A stretch of 64,000 nucleotides of DNA from the NCBI GenBank assembly GCA_964396965.1, contig CAYNGD010000007.1:22941-86940 (forward strand), in the 5' to 3' direction. A program made the position numbers and the translations under genes. The DNA comes from an uncultured Dehalococcoidales bacterium (GTDB lineage Bacteria > Chloroflexota > Dehalococcoidia > Dehalococcoidales > BS750m-G39). Position 1 is the first letter of the stretch, and each line of letters starts with the position of its first letter. This document shows, piece after piece, positions 19,669 to 29,356 of the stretch. The notes under the pieces are model-generated. The model saw only the letters and a list, made by a program, of their open reading frames with translations, searched no databases and was not told the DNA's origin.

Positions 19669-20557
19669 GGTTCTTACCCGCCACCTTCAGGAATATTTCG
19701 TTCAGTGAGGGAGTGGCCACCTCGAAGCGATTGATGGTTAGGCCGGCACCGGCCAACCGTTCCAAGACCTGCTGGGGGGTCGTAGTTCTATCCAGGACCA
19801 GCTCAAGGTAGCCCTTGTGGGCCCTCTTTTTGGCAACTCCCGGTATCTGCCCCAGCTCGCCTTCCAAATCGACAATGACCGAGTTGCTTCTATATTTCGA
19901 CTTGATTTCGGTGAGGTTCCCGTAGAGAACAGCGCGTCCGTTGTCTATCATCAGTATGCGGTCGCAGAGTTCCTCAACCTGGTTCATCTGGTGTGTGCTC
20001 AGGATTACCGCTTTGCCTTTATTCCGCAAGTCCATGACCATGCTTTTCAGCAACTCGGTGTTGACCGGGTCGAGGGCAGAAAATGGCTCGTCCAGAATCA
20101 CCAGTTCCGGGTCATGGATGATGGTGACAATGAACTGAATAATCTGCCCCATACCTTTGCTCAATTCATCAATCTTCTTTCCCCTCTGGGGGAGCATGCC
20201 TGTCTCCTTGAGCAGCTCGTCAGCCTTTGCCTCGATGGAATGCCTTTTCATGCCCTTGAGAGAGGCAAGGTAGATGATGGAATCGATGACCCTCAGCTTT
20301 TTATACAGCCCTCTTTCCTCGGGCAGATAGCCGAGCCTGCTCTTGCTGGCTTCACTCAACTTTTGGTCGAGGATGGTCACCTCGCCCGAGTCCGGCTTGA
20401 TAATGTCCATCATCATCCTGATGGTGGTGGTCTTGCCGGCGCCGTTAGGCCCAATCAGACCGAATATCTCACCCTGGGCCACCGAGAAAGACAGGTCGTT
20501 AACGGCGACCTTATCCGCGAAGGACTTGACTATATGGCTGACTTCAACTGCGGGCAT
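19661..20557 (-). CDS. ABC transporter ATP-binding protein (NatA-like)
   Basis: Walker A GPNGAGKTT, signature LSKGMGQ, Walker B LVILDEPF. Confidence 0.9.
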   Translation of the reverse strand: MPAVEVSHIVKSFADKVAVNDLSFSVAQGEIFGLIGPNGAGKTTTIRMMMDIIKPDSGEVTILDQKLSEASKSRLGYLPEERGLYKKLRVIDSIIYLASLKGMKRHSIEAKADELLKETGMLPQRGKKIDELSKGMGQIIQFIVTIIHDPELVILDEPFSALDPVNTELLKSMVMDLRNKGKAVILSTHQMNQVEELCDRILMIDNGRAVLYGNLTEIKSKYRSNSVIVDLEGELGQIPGVAKKRAHKGYLELVLDRTTTPQQVLERLAGAGLTINRFEVATPSLNEIFLKVAGKNHE

Positions 20558-20618
20558 AGCCGAAGCACTCTCTACAATTCTTGGTATTATAGCACAGGCT
20601 CCAGAGGGGGAACAATGT

Positions 20619-21494
20619 TCAAGGCTCCTCGCCGCTATCCTCCAGAGGGACCTGCACCGGCGGTTCCCTGAAGGGTAGCTTCAGAGCCCTTATCATATCG
20701 ACGGCATTGCGCGGGGCATAGCCCTGCCAGTGGTTGTTAAAAAAGGCAAACAGCAGACTGGCCTTAGTTCCGGCAGTCTTCACCCCCTCGGCCAGCTCGT
20801 CAATTTCTTCCGGTGAATACAGATATTTATAACGTGTCTCGCTATCTCCCTGCCACCACATCTCTCTGTTCCTGCCGTGAAAGCGGAAATAGGCTATATC
20901 CGAGGTCAGCGGTATATCGGCGGAGATTGAAGACCGGAACTTGGGCTCGTCAATCTTTACCCAGGCAACGTTATTATCTTTTAGAAAGTGGGCGGTGTTC
21001 TCGTCGTCGCTCCAGCTCCGGTGCCTCAGCTCAACCGCCAGCCTGTAGTCACTGAAGGTCCTGATCACGGCGCCGAGTATCTGCTGCCCGAAACCGTCGT
21101 TCTTGAAGCCCGGCGGAAACTGGGCGAGGAGAGCCCCCAGCCTGCCGTATCTGGCCAGCGGCTCGAGGCTGCGCTTGAAAAGGTCAACGTCGTCCTGAGA
21201 GATAGCCGCCACCTCGCCGGTAGCCTCCTGGTACATCCTGGGGTGGGTGAACTTCTGCCAGAGCTTGACGGTGAATAGAAAACCCCCGGGGACGCGCCTT
21301 ACCCAGTTATAGACATAGCCGGGGTTGGGCGGCCGGTAGAACGAGCTGTTGATTTCCACCGTGTTGAAGAACCGGCTGTAGTACTCCAGCTCATTTACCA
21401 TGCCCGGCGGGTAGAAGCGGCCTTTCCAGCTACCCTCCCCTTTGGGGTAGGACCAGCCGGAGGTGCCGACGTAAATCCTGGCATCAGGAGGCAT
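20619..21494 (-). CDS. DUF72 (UPF0759) family protein
   Basis: YVGTSGWSY...FNTVEINSSFYRPP is typical of DUF72. I prefer the ATG at 21494 (MPPDARIYVGTSGW) over the TTG at 21515. Confidence 0.8.
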   Translation of the reverse strand: MPPDARIYVGTSGWSYPKGEGSWKGRFYPPGMVNELEYYSRFFNTVEINSSFYRPPNPGYVYNWVRRVPGGFLFTVKLWQKFTHPRMYQEATGEVAAISQDDVDLFKRSLEPLARYGRLGALLAQFPPGFKNDGFGQQILGAVIRTFSDYRLAVELRHRSWSDDENTAHFLKDNNVAWVKIDEPKFRSSISADIPLTSDIAYFRFHGRNREMWWQGDSETRYKYLYSPEEIDELAEGVKTAGTKASLLFAFFNNHWQGYAPRNAVDMIRALKLPFREPPVQVPLEDSGEEP

Positions 21495-21634
21495 GTCTCT
21501 CACCACTACCCACAATTATACCCCCAGTAAACGGCGGCTAAAACCCCCAATCAGTTGAACGATTGTTCTAGTATAATGATATCCCCCACCCTCCTGTGGC
21601 CGGTTTACCCCCTTACAAAACCAGCCCAAAAGAG

Positions 21635-21663
21635 TTGACAGGAAATTTATTTGGTGCTAATGT
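21635..21663 (+). promoter_or_regulatory. sigma70-like promoter
   Basis: TTGACA-N17-TAATGT with a TG extended -10. It lies about 210 nt upstream of the acyl-CoA ligase start. Confidence 0.35.
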
Positions 21664-21872
21664 TCAATAGCTTGAAACAGCAGCCCAAATAAACGAAAAG
21701 CCGGCTAGAAAGCCCTGCGATATTCCACAGTGTAAGGACAGACCCAGAGTTACAGACCCCCAGGTGGAACTAGTACGTCCGAAGCAAAGAAAAACAGAAG
21801 CCTGAATAACCAGCCGTCCCCATGCCCCTCAAGAGCTCATACCTTGCGCTAAAAGTGAGGATAGACAAAAAA

Positions 21873-23474
21873 ATGACAGCCAAGCTTTTGTTGAGAGAGC
21901 TAAGCCGGTATAAAGTGGGCACCTACGCCGATGTTATCTACCGAAACGCCCTCCTGCATCCAGACCGGGAGGCCTTGATATTCGGCTCAGAGAGGGTAAC
22001 CTTTGCCGCATTCAATGCCAGGGTAAACAGCCTGATACACGCCCTCCAGTCGATGGGGGTTAAGAAGGGGGATGTACTCGGCGTCCTGTCCTGGAACTGC
22101 CTGGACTACATCTATGTCTTCGGGGCGGCCATGAAGGGGGGCTTTATCATCTCGCCCTTCAACTGCCGGCTTCAGGCGGATGAGCTGGACTACCTCATTA
22201 ACAACTCGGAGGCGAACACCCTTTTTGTCGGGCCTGAATTCGTGGAGATGGCCGAACGGCTGCGCCCCCGTCTGCCCGGGGTCAGGCACTTTGTCTCATT
22301 TGAGGGTTCCACCCCCAATATGCTATCCTACCGTGACCTGCTGGCCAATTTTAGTCAAGAGGAGCCTGATGCCCAGGTGGAGGAGGACGACCCCCTCTAT
22401 ATCTTCTACACCAGCGGCACCACCGGCGTTCCCAAGGGGGCATTATATACCCACCGCTGTGCCATCGACGACGCCCGGACCCGCGCTATCGAGATGAGCC
22501 TGGAAGCGGGAGACAGGAATATCCTGATGATGCCCCTCTTCCACGTCGGCGGGGCCGACCCCCTCAGGGTCCTGTTTTATGTCGGCGGCACCAGCATTAT
22601 CCTCAGGGATTTCGACCCGGTAAAAGTCTTAAAGGCCATTCAGGATGAGAGGGCTACCGATATCCAGATTGTGGCCACCCACCTGGCCGCCTTCCTCGCC
22701 CTGCCCGATCTCAAAAACTATGATGTCAGTAGCCTGAAGCGAATCTACTATACCAGTTCCCCTATGCCATTGGAGCTGCTGAAGAGGGGAATAGAAATGT
22801 GGGGGTTTATCTTCTGCCAGGGGTACGGCCTGACCGAGACCGGCCCGAACGTCAGCACGCTGCACGAGGAAGAGCACCGTGTCCTCTACGGGCCGCCTGA
22901 AGGGCAGGAGATACTTGCCTCCGCCGGCCAGCCGAATGTTGGGGTTCAGGTCAGGGTGGTGGACAAGGATGATCATGACGTTGAAGTCGGGGAAGCGGGA
23001 GAGATAATGGTCAAGAGCAAGCAGATGATGGTGGAGTGGTGGCATAAACCGGAGGAGACCCGCCAAACGGTGGTCAACGGCTGGCTGCACACCGGGGATA
23101 TTGGCCGCTATGACCAGAGGGGCTATATCTACATTGTGGACAGAAAGAAGGACATGATCTGCTCCGGCGGGGAGAACATCTATCCCCGTGAGGTGGAGGA
23201 GGTTATCTACCAGCACCCGGCAGTGCTGGAGGCGGCGGTCATCGGTCTCCCCGACCCCTACTGGGTGGAGAAGGTCCACGCCGTAGTCAGTCTGAAGAAG
23301 GGAGCAAGCCTTACCGCCGAGGAAATTATCAACTTCTGCAAGGGCAAAATAGCCCGCTACAAGGCACCCAAGTCGGTGGAATTCGTTGAATCCCTGCCCA
23401 AGAACCCCTCAGGCAAAATCCTGAAGAAAGAACTGAGGCAGAGCTATCTAGGCAGGCAACCGGAAAAGGGTTAA
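21873..23474 (+). CDS. AMP-dependent acyl-CoA synthetase/ligase
   Basis: AMP-binding motif YTSGTTGVPKGA, plus GWLHTGDIG and PKNPSGKILKKEL. I prefer the MTAKLLLREL start at 21873 over 21822, which has no SD. Confidence 0.85.
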   Translation: MTAKLLLRELSRYKVGTYADVIYRNALLHPDREALIFGSERVTFAAFNARVNSLIHALQSMGVKKGDVLGVLSWNCLDYIYVFGAAMKGGFIISPFNCRLQADELDYLINNSEANTLFVGPEFVEMAERLRPRLPGVRHFVSFEGSTPNMLSYRDLLANFSQEEPDAQVEEDDPLYIFYTSGTTGVPKGALYTHRCAIDDARTRAIEMSLEAGDRNILMMPLFHVGGADPLRVLFYVGGTSIILRDFDPVKVLKAIQDERATDIQIVATHLAAFLALPDLKNYDVSSLKRIYYTSSPMPLELLKRGIEMWGFIFCQGYGLTETGPNVSTLHEEEHRVLYGPPEGQEILASAGQPNVGVQVRVVDKDDHDVEVGEAGEIMVKSKQMMVEWWHKPEETRQTVVNGWLHTGDIGRYDQRGYIYIVDRKKDMICSGGENIYPREVEEVIYQHPAVLEAAVIGLPDPYWVEKVHAVVSLKKGASLTAEEIINFCKGKIARYKAPKSVEFVESLPKNPSGKILKKELRQSYLGRQPEKG

Positions 23475-23507
23475 TATTTACTTCTTGAGACTCAGTGGAG
23501 GCGTATC

Positions 23508-24281
23508 ATGGCTATCATTGAATACACCAAGGAAGACAAAATCGCCCTGTTTACCATCAAACGGCCCGAAGCTTTGGGGGCCTTAAATGTCGAGGGCATG
23601 AGACAGCTACAAGACGCCCTCCTTGATTTCCGTGACGATGACAAGCTTCTGGTGGGCATAATCACCGGCACCGGCAACAAGGCCTTCAGCGCCGGGGTGG
23701 ATATAAAAGACTATCTGCCCTTTGTCAGAAGTACGGTGGATAAACCGTGGCAAAGGCCGACCGGGATAATACGTGGGCTGAATATATGGAAGCCGCTTAT
23801 CGCCGCCTGCAACGGCCTGACCGTAGGCGGCGGCCTGGAGCTGGCCCTGGCCTGTGATATTATGATCGCCTCGAAAAACGCTACATTCGGCCTGCCCGAG
23901 GTAAGGAACGGCGTCTGCCCGGGGGGCGGCGGCACGCAGAGACTGCCCAGGACTATCCCGAGACGCATCGCCGCCGAGATGCTGTTCACCGGCAAAACAA
24001 TTGACGCCCAGGAGGCCTACCGCATCGGCCTGGCCAACAGGGTGGTGCCTCCAGCCGGGCTTATGAGCGAGGCCAGGAAGCTGGCTTTAGCTATCTGCCA
24101 GAATGCCCCGCTGGCGGTGAGGGCGGTTAAAGAGGCTATGGTCAGGGGCCTGAGCCTGAGCCTTGAGGACGGCCTGCAACTTGAGGATGACATCGTAAAT
24201 TATGTTATGTCAACCAGAGACTTTGAGGAGGGGATCACCGCCTTTAAGGAGAAGAGGAAGCCTAAATTCGAGGGTAGGTAG
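23508..24281 (+). CDS. enoyl-CoA hydratase/isomerase (crotonase) family protein
   Basis: FSAGVDIKD and ACNGLTVGGGLELALACDI. GGAGG SD upstream. Confidence 0.85.
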   Translation: MAIIEYTKEDKIALFTIKRPEALGALNVEGMRQLQDALLDFRDDDKLLVGIITGTGNKAFSAGVDIKDYLPFVRSTVDKPWQRPTGIIRGLNIWKPLIAACNGLTVGGGLELALACDIMIASKNATFGLPEVRNGVCPGGGGTQRLPRTIPRRIAAEMLFTGKTIDAQEAYRIGLANRVVPPAGLMSEARKLALAICQNAPLAVRAVKEAMVRGLSLSLEDGLQLEDDIVNYVMSTRDFEEGITAFKEKRKPKFEGR

Positions 24282-24390
24282 CCCGCGGCTTTGTCACAGT
24301 TTTGTAACTCTTTTCCGTCGAAATTTATGACTTTTAAACGCCCTGTGATTTAGGATAGTCTGGATAAACCATTAAGACCGGAGGTAAATC

Positions 24391-24855
24391 GTGAAAAGGG
24401 TGCTGATAGCCTACTTCAGTCCGGGCGGTAACACTGAGGAAATGGCCAGCTACATCGCCGAGGGTGTCCGTTTCGGGGGAGACCAGGCGGTGAACAAGAA
24501 GATATCGGAAATAAAGAAGGCGGAGGACCTGGCCGGCTACGACGGCTACATATTCGGCTCGCCCACCTATTCCCTGGACGTGCCCGAGCCGATGAAGAAG
24601 TTCCTCCTCATGGTAGAGAAGGCGGGGCTAGAGGGGAAGCTGGGGGGCGCCTTCGGTTCCTATACCCACGAAGTTGCCTACAAACACGACGACTATGCCC
24701 CCGCCATCATCTTCAGTTCCCTGCGGGACGTTGGCAAGATGGAAGCCTTTGAGCTGGGCCCCTTCCACCTGAAGGAAGAGCTGGTGACCACCCCCGAGGG
24801 AATCAAGGCCTGCCAGGACTACGGGAAGACCTTCAGCCAGAAGCTGGCCGGCTGA
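24391..24855 (+). CDS. flavodoxin family protein
   Basis: FMN-binding N-terminus VLIAYFSPGGNTEEMA, 154 aa, GTG start with GGAGG SD. Confidence 0.78.
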   Translation: MKRVLIAYFSPGGNTEEMASYIAEGVRFGGDQAVNKKISEIKKAEDLAGYDGYIFGSPTYSLDVPEPMKKFLLMVEKAGLEGKLGGAFGSYTHEVAYKHDDYAPAIIFSSLRDVGKMEAFELGPFHLKEELVTTPEGIKACQDYGKTFSQKLAG

Positions 24856-24864
24856 AGGTGGGCC

Positions 24865-25098
24865 TCACTTGCCCCCGCCCCTGAGCTGTTGCCACCTCTC
24901 CTCACCGAGGCACTGGCGGGCTGAGGCACACCATTCGATGCAGGAAGGCACCTTCTCCCGGTAGACCTTGGCCCCGCACTTGGGACACTTCACCTTCATC
25001 TCGTCGGAGAACATCTCGACCTCGGCCCCACAGCCCGGGCACTTATGCAGCGAGACCCGCAGATTACGCATATCCTGACCGGGACACCGGTTGTACAT
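24865..25098 (-). CDS. small Cys-rich zinc-ribbon protein
   Basis: MYNRCPGQDMRNL...CPGCGAEVEMFSDEMKVKCPKCGAKV...PSCIEWCASARQC. The ATG at 25098 has a strong GGGAGG SD 7 nt upstream. The ORF-track start at 25128 is rejected. Confidence 0.6.
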   Translation of the reverse strand: MYNRCPGQDMRNLRVSLHKCPGCGAEVEMFSDEMKVKCPKCGAKVYREKVPSCIEWCASARQCLGEERWQQLRGGGK

Positions 25099-25162
25099 AA
25101 ACAACCTCCCTACTAAAAATGATACCACCTATCGGCTCACGGAAACAAGCAAACCATCCCCT

Positions 25163-26092
25163 TTATTCCTCGCCCCGGTTCTGTTCCGGCGAGATACCGC
25201 AGACAAGGCCGGTGGGGCAGCTCTGGCACTCGAGCTGAAGGGTGGTGTGCCTGATATCGAAATCCTGGGCCAGGTGCTGATTGACCGCCTCCACAATCTC
25301 GGCGCTGCGGCTCACCGTCTGGTCCTCGATGCGCAGGTGAGCGCTCAGGGCGTTCAGGCCCGAGGTAATCGTCCAGATATGGATATCGTGCACATCCTGC
25401 ACCCCGGGGACAGCTTTGATGGCCGCTACCACCTCAACAACCTTGATATTCTGGGGAACGGACTCCAGGAGAATATTTGACGATTCCCCGACTATCCGCA
25501 CCGCCCCCCACAGTATGATGACGCCGATGAGGACGGCGATGATCGGGTCGGCGATATACCACCCCGTGAACAGAATGATTACTCCGCCAATAATCACCCC
25601 CACCGAGGATATGGTATCCCCGACGATATGCCAGAAGGCGGCTTTTATATTCAAGCTCCGGCGGCTCCTCCTCCTGAGCAGCAGCACCATGGCCAGGTTG
25701 GCTACCAAGCCGATGGTAGCCACCGCTATCATCAGCGGGGTACGCACCTGGGGCGGGTTGAAGAACCGCCAGTATGCCTCGTAGAAGATAAAGAGTGAGA
25801 CCAGGACCAGGACGATGCCGTTGGTCAGGGCGGCCATGATTTCGGCGCGATGATAGCCGTAGGTCCTGCTGGCCGTCGCCGGCCGTCTGGCCAGGGCCAT
25901 GGCAAAGAGGCTCAGCCCCAGCGCCAGGCCGTCAACCAGCATATGCCCGGCATCGCCGAGAAGGGCCAGGCTGTTGCTCAGGATGCCGCCGACGACCTCG
26001 ACCGCCGTAATTACCCCTACGATGACCAGGGTTATCTTCAACGGCTGGCCGCTTTTGTCAGCTAAATGGCTGGCTTCGGTGTACTGGCTCAT
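25163..26092 (-). CDS. cation diffusion facilitator (CzcD/ZitB-type) metal efflux transporter
   Basis: Metal-site motifs HMLVDGLALG (TM2) and HIVGDTISSVG (TM5), with a C-terminal cytoplasmic domain. Confidence 0.88.
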   Translation of the reverse strand: MSQYTEASHLADKSGQPLKITLVIVGVITAVEVVGGILSNSLALLGDAGHMLVDGLALGLSLFAMALARRPATASRTYGYHRAEIMAALTNGIVLVLVSLFIFYEAYWRFFNPPQVRTPLMIAVATIGLVANLAMVLLLRRRSRRSLNIKAAFWHIVGDTISSVGVIIGGVIILFTGWYIADPIIAVLIGVIILWGAVRIVGESSNILLESVPQNIKVVEVVAAIKAVPGVQDVHDIHIWTITSGLNALSAHLRIEDQTVSRSAEIVEAVNQHLAQDFDIRHTTLQLECQSCPTGLVCGISPEQNRGEE

Positions 26093-26183
26093 CTAATACG
26101 CTAACATTCTAGTCGGCGGGGGATGAAAAAGTTATAAAATGAGGGAGGAAGAACTTACAAAATTATGACATTTGCCAAAAAAG

Positions 26184-26210
26184 AAAGGGAAGCCCTAGGG
26201 CTTCCCTTTT
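26184..26210. terminator. palindromic rho-independent terminator (bidirectional)
   Basis: AAAGGGAAGCCC-ta-GGGCTTCCCTTT, flanked by an A-run on the left and a T-run on the right. It sits 23 nt downstream of the minus-strand gene ending at 26233. Confidence 0.65.
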
Positions 26211-26232
26211 AAATTAGATACCAACCGGCGGT

Positions 26233-26949
26233 TTAAGAAGGGGCCGCCGCCTCCTTTGTCATCATCGCCTCGATTTCAGCATAGGGTATCTTCACCCTGG
26301 GCAGCACCGGTTTGCCGTCGGGCCCCATCTTGATGGCACCGGTGGGGCAGATGAAGACGCAGTCGCCGCAGCCGATGCACTCCTCATTAAGCTCATAGGC
26401 GTAGAAGGGAGCGGCCACCTCGCGGTAAATACCGCGATTGACCAGGCTTATCGCCGACTTGCCGATTATCTCCTGGCAGGCCCGGACGCAGAGGCCGCAG
26501 AGAATGCAGTCCTGGTCCCCCAGCACGAACCTCGGCTTCTCCACCCCGTACTCCTCGGCCAGCTCCTGTATCCTCCTCACGTTGGGGCACCGGGCCAGCA
26601 TCAGCTCGATTATCCCCTCGCGCAGCTTATTAATCTTCTCGGTGCTGGTCCTGACTATCAGTCCATTTTTCACCGGGTAGAGGCAGGCGGCGACGAACTT
26701 GAACTTACTACCGCCGTCCTCGCTCACCTCGACAGTGCAAAGCCGACAGGCCCCGTAGGGCTTGACCGCCGGATGATTGCAGAGCGCCGGGATGTTACCG
26801 ATGCCCTTCATGCGCTGCACCGCCTGAAGGATTGTCTGACCAGCCGAAACGATAACCCCCTTGTCGTCAACAGTCATGTATACCGAATGCACCCCATCAG
26901 CCTCCCTCACCTCAATAGTGGTCTCGCCATCAATCCATACCTTAGCCAT
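26233..26949 (-). CDS. HoxU / NuoG-N-terminal-like [2Fe-2S] + 2x[4Fe-4S] protein (HydA-like N-terminus without H-cluster domain)
   Basis: 238 aa. Plant-type 2Fe-2S pattern (CNHP...GACRLCTVEV...AC), then CILCGLCVRAC and CIGCGDCVFICP. No hydrogenase or molybdopterin catalytic domain is present. Confidence 0.8.
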   Translation of the reverse strand: MAKVWIDGETTIEVREADGVHSVYMTVDDKGVIVSAGQTILQAVQRMKGIGNIPALCNHPAVKPYGACRLCTVEVSEDGGSKFKFVAACLYPVKNGLIVRTSTEKINKLREGIIELMLARCPNVRRIQELAEEYGVEKPRFVLGDQDCILCGLCVRACQEIIGKSAISLVNRGIYREVAAPFYAYELNEECIGCGDCVFICPTGAIKMGPDGKPVLPRVKIPYAEIEAMMTKEAAAPS

Positions 26950-26961
26950 AACACACCTCCT

Positions 26962-28842
26962 TCACTGCCTTATTACGGCATTGAATTTACAGACGTCGTA
27001 GCAGGCGCCGCATCTTATACACAGACCCTGGTTCAGGGTGTGGGGCTCCCTTTTCTCCCCAGTGATAGCGCCAGTAGGACAGCCCCTCAAGCAGCGGAGA
27101 CAGCCCACGCACTTCTCCGGGTCAATGGAATACTTTATCAGCTCCCGGCAGACGCCGGCCGGGCACCTCTTCTGCTCGATGTGGGCGATGTACTCGTCCC
27201 GGAAATACCTGAGGGTGCTCATCACCGGATTGGCCGCCGTCTGGCCCAGAGCACAGAGGGCGCCGGTGCTCAAGACCCCGGCCAGGTCTTCCAGCGTATC
27301 CAGGTCTTCCGACTTGCCCTTTCCCTGGGTGATCCGGGTCAAGACCTCGCTCATCCGGTTTATCCCCTCCCGGCAGGGGGTGCACTTGCCGCAGGACTCA
27401 CCTTTCAGGAACTCAACGAAGTAGCGGGCGACATCAACCATACAGGTGTCCTCGTCCATGACAATCATGCCGCCGGAGCCCATCATCGAGCCCAGCTTGG
27501 TCAACTCGTCAAAGTCAACCGGGGTGTCCAGGAACTGCTCCGGGATGCAGCCGCCCGATGGCCCGCCGGTCTGCACCGCCTTGAACTTCTTGCCGTTGGG
27601 GATGCCGCCGCCGATGTCAAAAATCATCTCCCTCAGGGTTATCCCCATTGGCACCTCCACCAGGCCGGTGTTGTTGATATTGCCCACCAGTGAGAATATC
27701 ATCGTCCCCTTGCTGCCGGCGGTGCCTATCTTGGAGTACCAGTCCGCCCCCCTGTTTATTATCAGGGGCACGTTGGCCCAGGTCTTGACATTGTTCAGCA
27801 GGCTGGGGCTGTCCCAGAGGCCCTTCTCCGACATGTGGACGTATTTCGCCCTCGGCTCGCCTATCTTGCCCTCAAGTGAGGCCATCAGGGCGCTGGACTC
27901 GCCGCAGACGAAGGCGCCGCCGCCCTTGTTTATCGTCACCGTGAAATTAAAGCCGGAGCCGAGAATGTTCTCACCCAGCAGTCCGTAGTCCATAGCCTGC
28001 TCGATGGCAATGCGGGCGTGCCTCACCGCCAGCGGATACTCGTTACGGACGTAGATATAGCCGTGGTGGGAGCCGATGGCATAGGCGCCGATAATCATCC
28101 CCTCGATGACGCTGTGGGGATTACCCTCTAGGATGCTCCGGTCCTGATAGGCGCCGGGGTCACCCTCATCAGCGTTGCAGATAACATATTTAATATCAGC
28201 CTTGGCGTCGAGGCATGACTGCCACTTCCTGCCGGTGGGGAAGCCACCGCCGCCCCGCCCCCTCAGGCCCGACTTCTTAATCTCATCAATAATCTGCTGG
28301 GGCTTCATCCCGGTAAACACCTTGCTTAAGGCGGAATAGCCGCCGACAGCGATGTAGTCTTCAATATTGGTGGGGTCAATTTCACCGTTGGCGCCGAAGA
28401 CGGTCCGCGTCTGCCTCTTGTAGAACGGCACATCGGGCTCATAGATAATCTTTTCTTTGGTGGCCGGGGCCACATAGAGCAAGCGCTCGATGATGTTGCC
28501 CTCGAGCACGGTCTCGGTGATAATCTCCGGGATGTCCTCGGGCTTCACCCGCTGGTAGAAAATCCGCTTGGGCCTGATGACCACCACCGGTCCCCGCTCA
28601 CAGAAACCGTGGCAGCCGGTCTCCTTCATCTCCACGGTTAGCTGGAGCTCCCGCTTCTCGATTTCATCCAGGAAAGCCTCGACCACCGCCTCGGCTCCGG
28701 AGGCACGGCAGCCGGTGCCGCCACAGACCGAGATGCAGATCCGGCTGGTGTCTCTCTTATCAAGTATTGACTGCCGCAGCTTCTCCAGCTCGGCGGCACT
28801 CTCCACCCTCTTCTCTAACAACCTTCTTACCTGCTCTACCAT
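26962..28842 (-). CDS. NuoF/HydB-like NAD(P)H-binding FMN iron-sulfur flavoprotein
   Basis: 626 aa. N-terminal thioredoxin-like 2Fe-2S domain, FMN/NADH site GLRGRGGGGFPTGRKW, N3 cluster ESCGKCTPCREG, and a C-terminal 2x[4Fe-4S] (CVGCLRCLRGCP, CIRCGACYDVC). Confidence 0.9.
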   Translation of the reverse strand: MVEQVRRLLEKRVESAAELEKLRQSILDKRDTSRICISVCGGTGCRASGAEAVVEAFLDEIEKRELQLTVEMKETGCHGFCERGPVVVIRPKRIFYQRVKPEDIPEIITETVLEGNIIERLLYVAPATKEKIIYEPDVPFYKRQTRTVFGANGEIDPTNIEDYIAVGGYSALSKVFTGMKPQQIIDEIKKSGLRGRGGGGFPTGRKWQSCLDAKADIKYVICNADEGDPGAYQDRSILEGNPHSVIEGMIIGAYAIGSHHGYIYVRNEYPLAVRHARIAIEQAMDYGLLGENILGSGFNFTVTINKGGGAFVCGESSALMASLEGKIGEPRAKYVHMSEKGLWDSPSLLNNVKTWANVPLIINRGADWYSKIGTAGSKGTMIFSLVGNINNTGLVEVPMGITLREMIFDIGGGIPNGKKFKAVQTGGPSGGCIPEQFLDTPVDFDELTKLGSMMGSGGMIVMDEDTCMVDVARYFVEFLKGESCGKCTPCREGINRMSEVLTRITQGKGKSEDLDTLEDLAGVLSTGALCALGQTAANPVMSTLRYFRDEYIAHIEQKRCPAGVCRELIKYSIDPEKCVGCLRCLRGCPTGAITGEKREPHTLNQGLCIRCGACYDVCKFNAVIRQ

Positions 28843-28858
28843 CTCACGCCCCTCCCGT

Positions 28859-29356
28859 TTATTTGTAGCCCCTCAAGACGCGGTCGAGCTTATCCGGGGT
28901 CATCTGGCTTTCGTATTTGCCATCGACCACCGCCACCGGACCCAGCGCGCAGCAGCCCAGGCAGTTGACCGCCTCCAGGGTGAACCTCATGTCCTCGGTG
29001 GTCTCACCCGGTTTTATCCCGTAGTCCCTCTCAATCTTGTCCACCAGCCTATGGCCGCCCTTGACGTGACAGGCGGTACCCAGACAGACAGTGACCAGGT
29101 GACGCCCCCTGGGCTTCAGGCTGAAAGCCCGGAAAAAGGTGGCCACGCTGAAGACCTGGCTCAAGGATATATCCAGCCTCTGACTGATTTTTATCAGCAC
29201 ATCCTGGGGCAGATAGTTAAACTCAGCCTGGACATCCTGAAGCAGTGATATCAGCTGTTCCTTACTGCCAGCATAGCTATCAATGAGAGAGTCAACCTTT
29301 TCCGGGTAGCTCTCAACGATAGCCTTCACTTTCGGAAAATCAAGGGTTAAGTTCAT
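28859..29356 (-). CDS. NuoE/HydC-like thioredoxin-fold [2Fe-2S] protein
   Basis: 165 aa with the Cys pattern CLGTACHVKG...CLGCCALGP. Confidence 0.88.
   Translation of the reverse strand: MNLTLDFPKVKAIVESYPEKVDSLIDSYAGSKEQLISLLQDVQAEFNYLPQDVLIKISQRLDISLSQVFSVATFFRAFSLKPRGRHLVTVCLGTACHVKGGHRLVDKIERDYGIKPGETTEDMRFTLEAVNCLGCCALGPVAVVDGKYESQMTPDKLDRVLRGYK

Noticed and set aside
19817-20671. 284-aa plus-strand ORF antisense to the ABC ATPase gene. Similar long antisense ORFs occur at 22629-23279, 26773-27693, 28568-29248, 32168-33040, 41007-42029, 44674-45075 and 50938-51705.
   Set aside because: All lie opposite genes with clear domain content in a high-GC region, where stop-poor shadow frames are expected. 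Their translations are Arg/Pro/Gly/His-rich low-complexity sequence with no motifs. Some, such as 41007-42029, run straight across an intergenic gap between two real genes.
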